NCBI GenBank assembly: GCA_018711655.1
Contig: DVIA01000043.1
Location: 14,130 to 78,129 of the forward strand
Reading direction: 5' to 3'
From: Candidatus Pullichristensenella avicola
GTDB lineage: Bacteria; Bacillota; Clostridia; Christensenellales; Aristaeellaceae
Length of the DNA: 64,000 bases
Both the position numbers and the translations under genes were made by a program. The notes under the pieces were generated by a model, which saw only the letters and a list, made by a program, of their open reading frames with translations, had not been told where the DNA came from and searched no databases. Below, one piece after another: positions 26,735 to 36,506 of the stretch (positions are counted from its first letter, which is position 1; each line of letters starts with the position of its first letter).

Positions 26735-27856
26735 TTATCTCCTCTGAAAGCGCCGAAGCTGCGGCCAGACGCGGCGAAGCGCCTCGGCGGCGTAGTCGAT
26801 TTCCTCAATGGTCGTGTGCGGCGAAAGGCTGAAGCGCAGGGCGCTCTCGGCGCGCTCCACAGGCAGGCCCATCGCCGTGAGCACGCCGGACACCTTGCGC
26901 TTTTTCGACGAGCAGGCGGAACCCGTAGAGGCGCAAACCCCCTCGCCCTCCAGTGCGTGGAGCATGGTTTCGCCGCGCACGCCGGGAAAACTCATATTGA
27001 GGATGTGCGGCGCGCCCTTTTCCGGGGCGGGGCCGTTGATCTGCGCCTCGGGCACGGCGTCCATGAACGCTCTGACCATATGGAGCTTTTTTTCCATCAG
27101 GCCGGAGGCGTCCATTTCACGAACCGCTTCGCAAAAGCCGGCGATGCCGGGGGTGTTCTCCGTGCCGGAGCGCAGGTTTTCCTCCTGGCCGCCGCCGATA
27201 TGCTGCGGGCAAAGGCGCACGCCCTTTTTCACCGCCAGCGCGCCCACGCCCTTGGGCCCATGCAGCTTGTGGGCGCTGATGGTATACATATCCACATCCG
27301 CAAAGCGGAAAGGCGCGCGCAAAAAGCCCTGTACGCCGTCCACATGGATAAGCGCGCGGTCGTTGACGACCCTTTTGAGGCGCGCGACGTCCAGCAGCGC
27401 GCCGGTTTCGTTGTTGACCTGCATGCAGCTGACGAGGCTCGCGCCGTCGTCCAGGGCCTTTTCCAGCGCTTCGTAGTCGAGCGCGCCCTCTGCGTCAACG
27501 GGGAGCACGCGCACTTCGTGCCCCATCTCGCCCAGGCGATCGAATGCGGCCAGCACCGAGGGATGCTCTGTGGCGTTGACGGCGACGATCTGCTTGCCGC
27601 GCATGCGCTCCACTGCGCCGAGGATGGCCAGATTGTTGGCCTCCGTGCCCCCGGAAGTAAAGTACAACTTCTCCCCCGGGGCGCCAAGTTTTTCCAAAAT
27701 CGCCTCGCGGCAGGCGCGTACCTGTCGGAAGGCCTCCACCGCCGGGCCATACACGGACGAAGGATTGTACCAGCCGTCCTCCATGCAGCGAACCATCGCC
27801 GCCACGACGGAGGGCGTCGGCCGCGTCGTGGCGCTGTTGTCAAGATATGCCTTCAT
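26735..27856 (-). CDS. nifS: cysteine desulfurase (NifS/IscS class V aminotransferase)
   Basis: MKAYLDNSATTRP, ISAHKLHGPKGVGAL (PLP-binding Lys) and STGSACSS (catalytic Cys loop). The ATG at 27856 overlaps the upstream gene's stop (ATGA); the track start 27880 is an alternative. Confidence 0.9.
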   Translation of the reverse strand: MKAYLDNSATTRPTPSVVAAMVRCMEDGWYNPSSVYGPAVEAFRQVRACREAILEKLGAPGEKLYFTSGGTEANNLAILGAVERMRGKQIVAVNATEHPSVLAAFDRLGEMGHEVRVLPVDAEGALDYEALEKALDDGASLVSCMQVNNETGALLDVARLKRVVNDRALIHVDGVQGFLRAPFRFADVDMYTISAHKLHGPKGVGALAVKKGVRLCPQHIGGGQEENLRSGTENTPGIAGFCEAVREMDASGLMEKKLHMVRAFMDAVPEAQINGPAPEKGAPHILNMSFPGVRGETMLHALEGEGVCASTGSACSSKKRKVSGVLTAMGLPVERAESALRFSLSPHTTIEEIDYAAEALRRVWPQLRRFQRR

Positions 27857-28425
27857 ACGTTTTTGTACGCTCCATCCCAAGCCGCGGCCGGCATAAAGCG
27901 GCGGTTGAAAATCGCCTCCGCCATTTCCGCATTGAGTTCGAGCACCACCAGATGCCGCTCGCCCTTTTTCTCAAAGAAAAAAAAGTACTTTTTCGCGTCC
28001 TTGTTCAGATACCAGCGATGCTCGCGCACGTTCGCTTCGCGCGCGCAGGCCTTGAAGGCGTTCGAGCCCTCTTCTCCGGCGGCGTAGAGATTGACGGTTT
28101 CAAAGCTGGTCAGGTTCACGCGCTTGCGGCCGTTGAGCACGCGCGCCACATCAACGATGCCGTTGGTAAACGTATAATCGTATTCCGTGCGCAGCCGCCT
28201 GGCCCCGCGCCAGAGCAGAAACGCGGCTGCAAGGCAGACAAGCGCCTGCGCAAGCGCCAGATAATTGACGCCCAGGCTGCCGCCGGCGCCGGTATAAAGT
28301 ATGTTCATCAGGCTGATCAGGCCCGCAAGGCCCAGGGCGATCAAAAGCGCCCACGCCGCGTAAAACAGCGCCTCGCGCAAGCCGCGGCGGGCGGGACAAA
28401 CGACCTGTTCGACAAATACGTCCAT
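27853..28425 (-). CDS. two-TM membrane protein, uncharacterized (first gene of the nifS-thiI-helicase operon)
   Basis: GGAGGTGCGCA-ATG at 28425. Hydrophobic segments ALFYAAWALLIALGLAGLISLM and ALAQALVCLAAAFLLW, followed by a soluble C-terminal domain. Confidence 0.65.
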   Translation of the reverse strand: MDVFVEQVVCPARRGLREALFYAAWALLIALGLAGLISLMNILYTGAGGSLGVNYLALAQALVCLAAAFLLWRGARRLRTEYDYTFTNGIVDVARVLNGRKRVNLTSFETVNLYAAGEEGSNAFKACAREANVREHRWYLNKDAKKYFFFFEKKGERHLVVLELNAEMAEAIFNRRFMPAAAWDGAYKNV

Positions 28426-28450
28426 TGCGCACCTCCAAACTCACTCCATT

Positions 28451-28478
28451 ATTATAGCACAATTGGGGCGATTGTCGA
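28451..28478 (-). promoter_or_regulatory. promoter of the membrane-protein/nifS/thiI/helicase operon
   Basis: Reverse strand reads TCGACA (28478-28473), a 16-nt spacer, TGc, then TATAAT (28456-28451). Confidence 0.55.
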
Positions 28479-28543
28479 TAGAACGTGGGGTAAAAATATG
28501 AAATTCTGCGCAGCGCGTGCGCGAAGGGCAAAAATGTAGTATA

Positions 28544-29959
28544 ATGGAAAGCAAGAATATTCAGGAGGGTCTTGGTTTGAACTGTCCCTATTGTCATAAA
28601 CCCTTTGGCCCCACGGACGTGGTCTGCCCCTCGTGCGGTCAGGTGCTGCCCGAGCACATGGAGGACATATCCTCTCAACCGCGCGCATTTTGGGATCGGC
28701 GCGGCGTGCGGGCTGCGCTTTTTGTCGTATGCGCCATTGCGGCGGTATTCATCGTCGGCTTTGGCATTTACAAGCTCTATTTCTGGATGCAGGATTACCA
28801 GATCACGCGCCTGTATACGCGCGGCGAACGCACGCCGGTGGTGAGCGAGGTTACGCTGGAGGACGGCCGCGCCGCGCACGCCATCAGCTTTTTCGCCGAG
28901 GACGGCGACCAGATCTTCATCCCCGAACTGGAGCGTTCCACCGTGGTGGCGGGCCATGTGGCGCGCGTTGAAATCGCCGACAGCGACTGGTTCAGCGACG
29001 GCATTTCCGACGACATTGAAAGCGCCGAAGTCAACCTTTCACCGGTGCTGATTGAGGAAAACGGCGCGCGCACACAGTTGCCGACCGTGTCTTTGAGCGT
29101 AGCGCCGCCTTCTTCCCCCATCGAAGTCATCAGCCCCGCCGAGGACGGCCTGACGGTGTTCACCTCCATTTATCCTTTGGAGGTGCAGGTGGTGCCCGGA
29201 TCCACCGTGCTGGTCAACGGCGAAGATGTGACCGACGTTGTGGACCGCAACGGCCTGCTTTCGGCCAATGTCAACGTCTACCCCATTGGCGACAATGTCA
29301 TCACCATCCTGGCGCGCACGCCCAACCATCTCGAAAGCCGCCGCGACGTGACCATCTATCGCGCGCAGTTGGAAATCGAGATCGAATTGGATACCTCCGT
29401 GCAGACCGAAACGGACACGCGCCAGATGCTGGTTTCCGGCACCTGCGAACCGGGCGCGTATATCGAAGTCGATTCCCCCTATGTGGAGGAAAGCCTCTAC
29501 ATCAACATGGAAACCGGCGACTTCGAATTCCTGACCGATCTTGAACTGATCGGCGAAAATGTGGTGCGCTTCCGCGCCGTTAAGGACGGCCGCGCCGACG
29601 CGGAAATCCACTTCAACGTCAACTACCGGCCGACGCTGGCCAACTACTCCATCGCCGCCTGGGACCTTGGCGAAAACTACGATCAGCTGCGCCTGCTCTA
29701 TGCGCAGTGGACCGGCCGCGTGTTCCTTTGCGAAGGCGAGGTCATCGACGTGTTTACCGAGGACGAGGAACAGTACATCGTCATGGATACCAGCGGCGAC
29801 CGTCAGGACCTGGTGGTACTCATCAACGAATCCAACACCGGCACGCCCATTATCGGCCGCGAGTACTCAGCCTATGCGCACGTTGAAGGCAGGTATATGT
29901 ACAAGGCCAATTACTACCCGCTGCTGACGACGTTGTACATGGATCTGCGCACCGATTGA
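28544..29959 (+). CDS. zinc-ribbon / single-TM / large extracytoplasmic-domain protein, uncharacterized
   Basis: CPYCHKPFGPTDVVCPSCG zinc ribbon, TM helix ALFVVCAIAAVFIVGFGIY, then about 390 aa of beta-rich sequence. The start is ambiguous: ATG 28544 has no SD and overlaps a TATAAT, while in-frame TTG 28577 has AGGAGGG at 7-nt spacing. Confidence 0.7.
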   Translation: MESKNIQEGLGLNCPYCHKPFGPTDVVCPSCGQVLPEHMEDISSQPRAFWDRRGVRAALFVVCAIAAVFIVGFGIYKLYFWMQDYQITRLYTRGERTPVVSEVTLEDGRAAHAISFFAEDGDQIFIPELERSTVVAGHVARVEIADSDWFSDGISDDIESAEVNLSPVLIEENGARTQLPTVSLSVAPPSSPIEVISPAEDGLTVFTSIYPLEVQVVPGSTVLVNGEDVTDVVDRNGLLSANVNVYPIGDNVITILARTPNHLESRRDVTIYRAQLEIEIELDTSVQTETDTRQMLVSGTCEPGAYIEVDSPYVEESLYINMETGDFEFLTDLELIGENVVRFRAVKDGRADAEIHFNVNYRPTLANYSIAAWDLGENYDQLRLLYAQWTGRVFLCEGEVIDVFTEDEEQYIVMDTSGDRQDLVVLINESNTGTPIIGREYSAYAHVEGRYMYKANYYPLLTTLYMDLRTD

Positions 29960-30085
29960 CGACACCGCGCGGCTGTGTCCATTTTCGGACATGGCCGCGC
30001 AAAAAATATTCCACTTGCGCGCCCACGCGGCAGGAAAAACCCAATTTGTGTCGAATTTAGAAATTGGAAAGAAGGAGGCGTTCGT

Positions 30086-30334
30086 ATGCGCTGCGGCTGT
30101 CCCGATTGCGGGACGTATATGGTGCATGCCGACGGCCCGGAACTTGGCTGCGTTTGCCCCGCCTGCGGCCGTCGTTGCCGCGATTGCATGGGCCTTGCCG
30201 CGCCGCTCAGCCGCGAAGAAATTCGCGCCTTGGCGCGCGATCCGTCAGCAATGTCAGGCTTTTTCTCCTTCTCGGAAAATGACGAAAATGCGCCCTTTTC
30301 AGGGGCGGATCCCTCTGAGGAGGGAGATATGTAA
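30086..30334 (+). CDS. small Cys-rich zinc-ribbon protein (82 aa), hypothetical
   Basis: AAGGAGG-7nt-ATG at 30086. MRCGCPDCGTYMVHADGPELGCVCPACGRRCRDC (eight Cys) followed by an acidic tail. Confidence 0.6.
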   Translation: MRCGCPDCGTYMVHADGPELGCVCPACGRRCRDCMGLAAPLSREEIRALARDPSAMSGFFSFSENDENAPFSGADPSEEGDM

Positions 30335-30563
30335 CCGGCACGCAGCGACCGTTTTCGTAAGGGTTTGATTGTGCGTTTGTAAAGACAAACTCTATTTGTG
30401 TCGGAAATATGTCGAAACACGCGGTTTTCCCTTCGTTTCTACATGTTTTTCGTTGTTTTCAAATTACAAAAAAGTAAACTGGTTACAATACGCTTACGCG
30501 CAGCCGGTTGGCGTAACTTTGCTTCCGGCTTGCGCAGAGCGCTTTTGGAGGAGCAGAAACCAT

Positions 30564-30845
30564 ATGCAGGAAGCAAAAAAGGCCGTCGTCACGGTGCTGG
30601 GCTACGATCGCAAGGGCATCATCGCAAAGGTCAGCGCCGTTCTCTACGAATGCGACGCAAATATCGTCGATATTTCCCAAACGGTGCTTTCCGGGCTTTT
30701 CAACATGGTGCTGGTCGCGGACATTTCCTCGCCCGACTGCGCCTTTGACCAGCTTTCCGATCGCCTTGCCCGGCTCGGCGAAGAGCTGGGGCTGCAAATT
30801 CGCGTGCAGCGCAGCGAAATTTTTGAAGCCATGCATCAGATTTGA
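30564..30845 (+). CDS. ACT-domain protein (UPF0237 family)
   Basis: [42 protein letters not shown] is a typical ACT fold start. It forms the conserved pair with the UPF0210 gene downstream. Confidence 0.85.
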   Translation: MQEAKKAVVTVLGYDRKGIIAKVSAVLYECDANIVDISQTVLSGLFNMVLVADISSPDCAFDQLSDRLARLGEELGLQIRVQRSEIFEAMHQI

Positions 30846-30856
30846 GGAGCGCGCAA

Positions 30857-32209
30857 ATGATCCACACTTCCGAAATTCTCGATACGCTGCGCATGATCGA
30901 CCGCGAAAAGCTCGATGTGCGCACCATAACCATGGGGATATCCCTGTTTCCCTGCGTCAGCGACGACGTTGGCGTGCTTTGCCGTCGCGTTTACGACCGC
31001 ATCACCCGCAAGGCCGAGCGCCTGGTGGCCGTGGGCGAGGAGATCGAGCGCGAGTTCGGCGTTCCCATCGTCAACAAGCGTATTTCCGTAACGCCGGCGG
31101 CGCTGATCTCCGGCGGCATTGGCGATCCGCTGCCCCTGGCGCGCGCGTTGGACGACGCAGCCGCGCAGACGGGCGTGGACTTCATCGGCGGCTATACGGC
31201 GCTGGTACAAAAGGGCATGACCGACGCCGACCGGCGGTTGATCGAATCCATTCCCGAAGCGCTTTCCACAACGCGCTTTCTCTGTTCATCGGTAAACGTA
31301 GCCTCTACGCGCGCCGGCATCGACATGGACGCTGTTGCCCTGCTCGGTCAGGCCGTCAAGCGAACCGCGGAACTGACCCGGGACAACGACGGCCTGGGCT
31401 GCGCCAAATTCGTTGCGTTTGCCAACGCCGTGGAGGACAATCCCTTCATGGCCGGCGCTTTCCATGGCCCCGGCGAGGGGGACGCGGCGGTCAGCGTTGG
31501 CGTCAGCGGCCCGGGCGTAGTCAAGCGCGCGCTGGAAAACGTGCGCGGCGAGCCGTTCGACGTGGTGGCTGAAACGGTCAAGCGCACGGCCTTCCGCATC
31601 ACGCGCGTTGGCCAGCTCGTGGCCCGCGAGGCCTCGCGGCGGCTGGGCGTGCCCTTCGGCATCGTCGATCTTTCCCTCGCGCCCACCCCGGCGGTGGGCG
31701 ATTCTGTGGCGGAAATCCTCGAGGAAATGGGCCTGGAGGTCTGCGGGACGCACGGCACCACGGCGGCGCTGGCGTTGCTCAACGACGCCGTCAAAAAAGG
31801 CGGCGTGATGGCTTCTTCGCATGTGGGCGGCCTTTCCGGCGCGTTCATCCCTGTCAGCGAGGACATTGGCATGATCCGCGCCGCGGAAAAGGGCGCGCTG
31901 ACGCTGGACAAGCTTGAGGCGATGACCTGCGTCTGTTCCGTGGGTCTTGACATGATCGCCGTGCCCGGCGATACGCCTGCGGAAACCATTTCCGCCATCA
32001 TCGCCGACGAAGCGGCCATTGGCGTAATCAACAACAAGACCACCGCCGTACGCGTCATCCCCGCGCCGGGCAAAACGGTGGGCGATTCGGTGGAATTTGG
32101 CGGCCTGCTGGGCCGCGCGCCGGTGATGCCGGTGCACAGCTTTTCCTCCGCGGCCTTTATCCGCCGCGGCGGCCGCATCCCCGCCCCGCTCAACAGCCTG
32201 AAAAACTAA
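30857..32209 (+). CDS. UPF0210 (DUF711/PFL-like) family protein
   Basis: GAGGAG-7nt-ATG at 30857. [30 protein letters not shown] is the family-typical N-terminus; 450 aa. Confidence 0.85.
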   Translation: MIHTSEILDTLRMIDREKLDVRTITMGISLFPCVSDDVGVLCRRVYDRITRKAERLVAVGEEIEREFGVPIVNKRISVTPAALISGGIGDPLPLARALDDAAAQTGVDFIGGYTALVQKGMTDADRRLIESIPEALSTTRFLCSSVNVASTRAGIDMDAVALLGQAVKRTAELTRDNDGLGCAKFVAFANAVEDNPFMAGAFHGPGEGDAAVSVGVSGPGVVKRALENVRGEPFDVVAETVKRTAFRITRVGQLVAREASRRLGVPFGIVDLSLAPTPAVGDSVAEILEEMGLEVCGTHGTTAALALLNDAVKKGGVMASSHVGGLSGAFIPVSEDIGMIRAAEKGALTLDKLEAMTCVCSVGLDMIAVPGDTPAETISAIIADEAAIGVINNKTTAVRVIPAPGKTVGDSVEFGGLLGRAPVMPVHSFSSAAFIRRGGRIPAPLNSLKN

Positions 32210-32215
32210 ACCTGC

Positions 32216-32247
32216 GCCCCGGGAAAACGCTCTCCCGGGGCTTTGTT
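32216..32247 (+). terminator. rho-independent terminator after the ACT/UPF0210 pair
   Basis: GCCCCGGGA-8nt-TCCCGGGGC followed by TTTGTT. Confidence 0.75.
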
Positions 32248-32299
32248 CGGCAAAAACGGCCGTGCGGCGGCAATCGAAGCGCCTCGGGCGCCTCCCGAT

Positions 32300-32791
32300 C
32301 TACTTGCCGGAATTGACAAGTTCCTTCCCCTGCTTGCCCGTCATGTGCTCCACGGACATTTCCAGCATGCACAGTTCATCCCAATCCCGCTCAATGGCGC
32401 GCGAGCGGCCCTCGGCGCTGTCCTCGGGCGCATATTTCCGAGCCAGGCGCTCAATGGCGGCGCGCTTTGCCGCCGCATCCTCGATCACGCGGACGCGGCC
32501 AAAGACGATCACGCTGCGGTAGCGCGTGGTGTATTTTTCCGGAAAGACGTCATCGCAGTCGATCACGCAAAACGAGGCCTTGTCGCTGCGGGCGATGGCG
32601 TCGAGCTTATGGCCGCTGCGCGCGCAGTGGAAGTATATCCTGCCGCCGCAATACACATAGCTGATGGGCACGGCGTAGGGATAGCCGTCGTCGCCGCACA
32701 GGGCGAGCACGCCGCTGCTGCCACGCTCAAGAATCGCCGCGCACTCCTGCGGCGAAAGTTCCTGCCTGCTCCTGCGCATTTTTCGAAACAT
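32300..32791 (-). CDS. pyridoxamine 5'-phosphate oxidase-family (NimA-like) flavoprotein
   Basis: MRRSRQELSPQECAAILERGSSGVLALCGDDGYPYAVPISYVY...GRIYFHCA is the typical split-barrel PNPOx-like N-terminus; 163 aa. Confidence 0.8.
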   Translation of the reverse strand: MFRKMRRSRQELSPQECAAILERGSSGVLALCGDDGYPYAVPISYVYCGGRIYFHCARSGHKLDAIARSDKASFCVIDCDDVFPEKYTTRYRSVIVFGRVRVIEDAAAKRAAIERLARKYAPEDSAEGRSRAIERDWDELCMLEMSVEHMTGKQGKELVNSGK

Positions 32792-32815
32792 GCTCTGTTC
32801 CTCCTTCGTTGTGCC

Positions 32816-33139
32816 TTACGCGACGGGAAAAACCGTGCGGATCAACGCCATATAGCACGCCGTGCCCACGGCGATGCTCAAAAGCGTATTGCGTTTCCAC
32901 AAATGCGCAAGCGCCGTCGCCGCCACGCCGATGATCTCGGCCATACCAAATGGATAGCCCGTGAAATCGACGCCCTTCAGGCAATATACCACCAGCGCGG
33001 CCATGATGGCAGGCGGCAGTACGCGCCCCAGATAGACCACCGCGCGCGGCAGCGGCCGTTTGCCAAAGACTGCAAAGGGCAAAAAGCGCGTAACAGCCGT
33101 TATCAGCGCCGTTGCCGCCACGATATATACGGCGTTCAT
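32816..33139 (-). CDS. azlD: branched-chain amino acid exporter small subunit AzlD
   Basis: 107 aa, all hydrophobic (MNAVYIVAATALITAVTRFLPFAVFGKR...). A 4-nt overlap with azlC. The 196-aa track ORF is over-extended. Confidence 0.8.
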   Translation of the reverse strand: MNAVYIVAATALITAVTRFLPFAVFGKRPLPRAVVYLGRVLPPAIMAALVVYCLKGVDFTGYPFGMAEIIGVAATALAHLWKRNTLLSIAVGTACYMALIRTVFPVA

Positions 33140-33819
33140 ACCTTCTCCTCCAGTCGGCCCCGCAGCGCGATCAGGATGACCACCGCCGCGATGAGGGCAA
33201 TGAGCAGAAAATTGTCCGGCCCAAACAGCCAAAGCGCCGCGGCGGCGCAAATCAGCCCCACCAGCGCCGGCACATGCGAGGGGAACTGCTTCCACTGGTC
33301 GATGAAAATGACCACGAAAAGGGCCGTCATGGAAAAGTCGATGCCCGTCAGATCTACGGGCAGTGCCTGCCCAAGCGCCGCGCCCAATACGGAGCCAACG
33401 ATCCAATAGCCATGGTCAAAAAGCGAGATATAAAAGGCGCAATCGTTCCAGCGCATGTCGCTTGGCACTTCCATCGAACACAGCACGCTGTAGGTCTCGT
33501 CCGTCAGCGAAAAGGCCATGTAGGGAAAGCGCCGCCCCATGCCGCGATATTTCTCGATAAACCCCAGTCCGTAAAAAATGTGACGGGCGTTGACAAGAAA
33601 CGTCGTCACCGCCACGGTATACAGCGGCGCGCCCGCCGCCAACAGCGAAACCATGACAAACTGCATGGACCCGGCATAGACCAGCAGGCTGGAAGCCAGC
33701 GCCCACAAAGGACCGTAGCCGGCCTCGGAAAGCAGTATGCCAAAGGCCATGCCGAGAAAAATGTAACCACAGGCGACAGGCGCCGTTCGCCTCAACGCGT
33801 ATGCGATCTCTTTGCGCAA
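33136..33819 (-). CDS. azlC: AzlC-family branched-chain amino acid permease subunit
   Basis: RRTAPVACGYIFLGMAFGILL...MQFVMVSLL...FLVNARHIFYG...SLTDETY are family-typical. I prefer the TTG at 33819 (GGAGG-8nt); the track start is 33888. Confidence 0.8.
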   Translation of the reverse strand: MRKEIAYALRRTAPVACGYIFLGMAFGILLSEAGYGPLWALASSLLVYAGSMQFVMVSLLAAGAPLYTVAVTTFLVNARHIFYGLGFIEKYRGMGRRFPYMAFSLTDETYSVLCSMEVPSDMRWNDCAFYISLFDHGYWIVGSVLGAALGQALPVDLTGIDFSMTALFVVIFIDQWKQFPSHVPALVGLICAAAALWLFGPDNFLLIALIAAVVILIALRGRLEEKV

Positions 33820-34089
33820 TATGACCGCCTCCAAGGATTCTATTTTAGCATGGCCGCGAACGGCTTTCAAGTGAATTTTGCGTTGCACGGCGCGCAGGGG
33901 GCGCGGAACGCCCTATCGGCAAACCGGCGGTAAAGCCGGGAGGCGCCGCGTGCGCGCCTCGCTGACGCGGCGTGCGCAGAAGGTTCTGGCGCGCGGCCGG
34001 CTTGCGCGCAGGGCGCGCTTCGCGCTTTGACAAGGCGGCCCTTGTAAGCGCCGCAGAAAAATGGTATACTTGAAGCGGGAGTTGGTAAA

Positions 34090-34614
34090 ATGCGAAAGAT
34101 TGTCGTTGTGGCGTATCGTCCGGAGTGGTCGGAGGCATTTCGCGCCGAGGCCGCGCGCATCGCCGCCGTCCTAGGGGAAAACTTGGTCGCCATCCATCAC
34201 ATCGGCTCAACCAGCGTGCCGGGGCTGTGCGCCAAGCCCATCATCGACATCCTGCCCGTGGTGCGCGACATCGAAGTCGTAGACAAATGCAACGCGGCTT
34301 TCATCGCCCTGGGCTATACGCCCATGGGCGAATTTGGCATTCGCGGCCGGCGCTACTTCCACAAGGGAGGCGACGAGCGCACGCACCATGTGCATGTCTT
34401 TGCCGCGGAAAACAGGGAGGCCATTGAGCGCCATCTGGCCGTGCCGGCCTACCTGCGCGCCCATCCCGACGAGGCGCGCGCCTACGGCGAATTGAAAAAA
34501 GCCCTGGCCGCGCGCTTTCCCCTCGACTGGGAGGGCTATTGCGACGGCAAGGACGAATATGTGCGGGCGCTGGAAATGCGGGCGCTCAGGTGGTACCGCG
34601 GGCGGCCGGCGTAA
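34090..34614 (+). CDS. GrpB (UPF0157) family nucleotidyltransferase-fold protein
   Basis: IHHIGSTSVPGLCAKPIIDIL..., RTHHVHVF and ...RDYLRAHPD-type motifs; 174 aa. Confidence 0.85.
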   Translation: MRKIVVVAYRPEWSEAFRAEAARIAAVLGENLVAIHHIGSTSVPGLCAKPIIDILPVVRDIEVVDKCNAAFIALGYTPMGEFGIRGRRYFHKGGDERTHHVHVFAAENREAIERHLAVPAYLRAHPDEARAYGELKKALAARFPLDWEGYCDGKDEYVRALEMRALRWYRGRPA

Positions 34615-34631
34615 CGGAAAAGAGGGCTTCC

Positions 34632-35199
34632 ATGGCGCTTTTCCAACCTGTACGCTCTGAGGAAGCGACGCTCGCGCCCGGTCTGTGGCTGCGCACGCGG
34701 GCGTTGGAGGTTTGGTTGAACGTCAAGACCGGGAAGGCTGGTCGCTATCGGCGATGGACGGGACGGATGCGCTGCTCAGGCAGGGCTGCGGCAGGCGTTA
34801 CCGCGTGGTGGCGCACGCGGACGCGGGGCTGGCGGCGTTTCTCGAGCGCTGCAAAGCGGAGGGCTGGAGCCTGGCCGGTTCCGGCGAGGACGTATACATA
34901 CTTGAAGTCGCGGCGGGGACGGCGAAGGAGATAGAGGCCTATGTGCGCCGCCATTGCCGGCGGCAGGCGCTGGCATGGGTAGAACTCGCCGCGGTTTGCC
35001 TGTTGCTGTACGCCATCCTGCGGCTGTGCGGCGACGGCTTTGACCTGATGCGCAACGAAGCCGTGGGAGGACTGGCCTTCCTCGTCTACCCCGCTACCGC
35101 GACGGTCTGCATGTGGCGTACATATGGGCGCAGCCATATGCGGATTTCGCGCCCGGCGGCGCTCTTTATGAGCCCGTGCGGACGCGCAGCGCCATCTGA
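34632..35199 (+). pseudogene. DUF2812-like membrane protein, apparently frameshifted (3' end uncertain)
   Basis: Frame A from ATG 34632 reads MALFQPVRSEEATLAPGLWLRTRALEVWLNVKTGKAG and then becomes Arg-rich junk. Frame B reads ...REGWSLSAMDGTDALLRQGCGRRYRVVAHADAGLAAFLERCKAEGWSLAGSGEDVYILE followed by two TM helices. Joined, the two frames reproduce the WL..(x)..GW.L ... GW layout I recall for DUF2812. Frame B has no stop until 35566, deep inside the convergent GNAT gene and beyond a strong terminator. Confidence 0.35.
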
Positions 35200-35202
35200 T
35201 CC

Positions 35203-35251
35203 AAAAACAGGACGGCCGCCTGCCCAAGCTTCGGGCGGGCGGCTGTCTTTT
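35203..35251. terminator. bidirectional rho-independent terminator
   Basis: GACGGCCGCCTGCCC-7nt-GGGCGGGCGGCTGTC (15 bp with two G-U pairs). It is flanked by AAAAACA on the left and TTTTG on the right. It follows the GNAT stop (35257) on the minus strand. Confidence 0.8.
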
Positions 35252-35256
35252 GTCCG

Positions 35257-35817
35257 TCAATCGTTTCCCAAAAGGTCTCGCACGTCGATTTTGCCGATGG
35301 GAACAATCTCGTGGGGCGCTTCTGCGCTGTCTGAAAGGCGCTTCTGCATCCAGACGACGTCGCGCCACCGGCCATTTTTCCAGCCCGCGTCAGCAAACGC
35401 GCCAGCCCTTGTAAAGCCCATAGCCTCGTGCAGACCGACGCTGGCGGGGTTGGGCAATGTGATGCAACTGTACGCCATGCGCACGCCCTGGCGACGCAGC
35501 ATTGCCAAAAGCCTCTCCATCAGGGCGCGACCGATGCCCTGGCGATGGAAAGCGGGGGCGAGGTAAATGGTCGTTTCCACATTCCAGCGGTAGGCGGCGC
35601 GCTCCCTGTACAGATGCGCGTAGGCATAACCGGCGATTTCGCCGTCCACTTCGCAGACGATATAGGGATAGACGGCAGAAATATCGCAAATGCGCGCGGC
35701 GAACGCCTCCAAAGAGGGCGGCCCTTCTTCGAAACTGACCGCAGCGAACGTATAGGGCGCATACACGCGGAGCAGAGCCGCCGCGTCCGCCGCCGACGCC
35801 ATTCTAAAGGTACGCAC
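35257..35817 (-). CDS. GNAT-family N-acetyltransferase (phosphinothricin acetyltransferase-like)
   Basis: (M)RTFRMASAADAAALLRVYAPY..., HRQGIGRALMERLLAML (acetyl-CoA motif A) and GFTRAGAFADAGWKNGRWRDVVWMQ. GGAG-6nt-GTG at 35817; ATG 35823 is an alternative. Confidence 0.85.
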   Translation of the reverse strand: MRTFRMASAADAAALLRVYAPYTFAAVSFEEGPPSLEAFAARICDISAVYPYIVCEVDGEIAGYAYAHLYRERAAYRWNVETTIYLAPAFHRQGIGRALMERLLAMLRRQGVRMAYSCITLPNPASVGLHEAMGFTRAGAFADAGWKNGRWRDVVWMQKRLSDSAEAPHEIVPIGKIDVRDLLGND

Positions 35818-35939
35818 AGGCATCTCCTTTCGCGCGGGCGCAAACGTTTTCGGGCAGTTCACAGAACGTCGATCCGCCCGCGCCCGTGAGCCTTCGACGG
35901 GGGCCGCGCATGGCGCGGCAATTCCGCGCCCATGCGCCG

Positions 35940-36506
35940 TTACAAAAAGCATGCCCTCAGCTTTTCGTTGAGCTTTTGATAAACGCGCGCGCGCATCCAC
36001 GCCTCTGAGGATGCGTCCGCCGCGCCATCGAGATCAAACCAGCGCACGCCGCTGTTTTCGTCAGGCTTGGCATGCAGATCGTCGCTTTCGTCGCCCTCAA
36101 GAAGATAGGTAACGTTCAAATGCAAATGCGAAGAGACGTATTTGCCGCGCTTTTCATGCCCGTTCACGGTGAGAATTTCCAGAGAGAAAATATCCTCCGA
36201 TACGGGGCGCACATGGGTAAGGCCGCTTTCCTCGCGGGCTTCGCGCACGGCGACGGCAAGCAGATCGCGCTCGCCGTCCGCGTGGCCGCCCAGCCACGAC
36301 CAGGAGCGATAGATGTTGTGCCAGGCCATCAAAACGCGGTCGTGCCGGGCGTTGACGATCCAGGCCGAGGCCGTCATGTGCATGCATTCGCAGTTGCGCA
36401 GAAAAATGTCCGCGTGCGCGTCCATGGCGCGAAGCATCGCCGCCTGGTCGCGCTCCTCCTGCTCGTTGAAGGGCCGATACGCCTCAAGGGCGCGCCGTAT
36501 ATCCAT
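35940..36506 (-). CDS. NUDIX hydrolase
   Basis: Nudix box GGHADGERDLLAVAVREAREESGL. I prefer the start at 36506 (GGGGAG about 8 nt upstream); the long track ORF 35940..36884 is over-extended. Confidence 0.85.
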   Translation of the reverse strand: MDIRRALEAYRPFNEQEERDQAAMLRAMDAHADIFLRNCECMHMTASAWIVNARHDRVLMAWHNIYRSWSWLGGHADGERDLLAVAVREAREESGLTHVRPVSEDIFSLEILTVNGHEKRGKYVSSHLHLNVTYLLEGDESDDLHAKPDENSGVRWFDLDGAADASSEAWMRARVYQKLNEKLRACFL

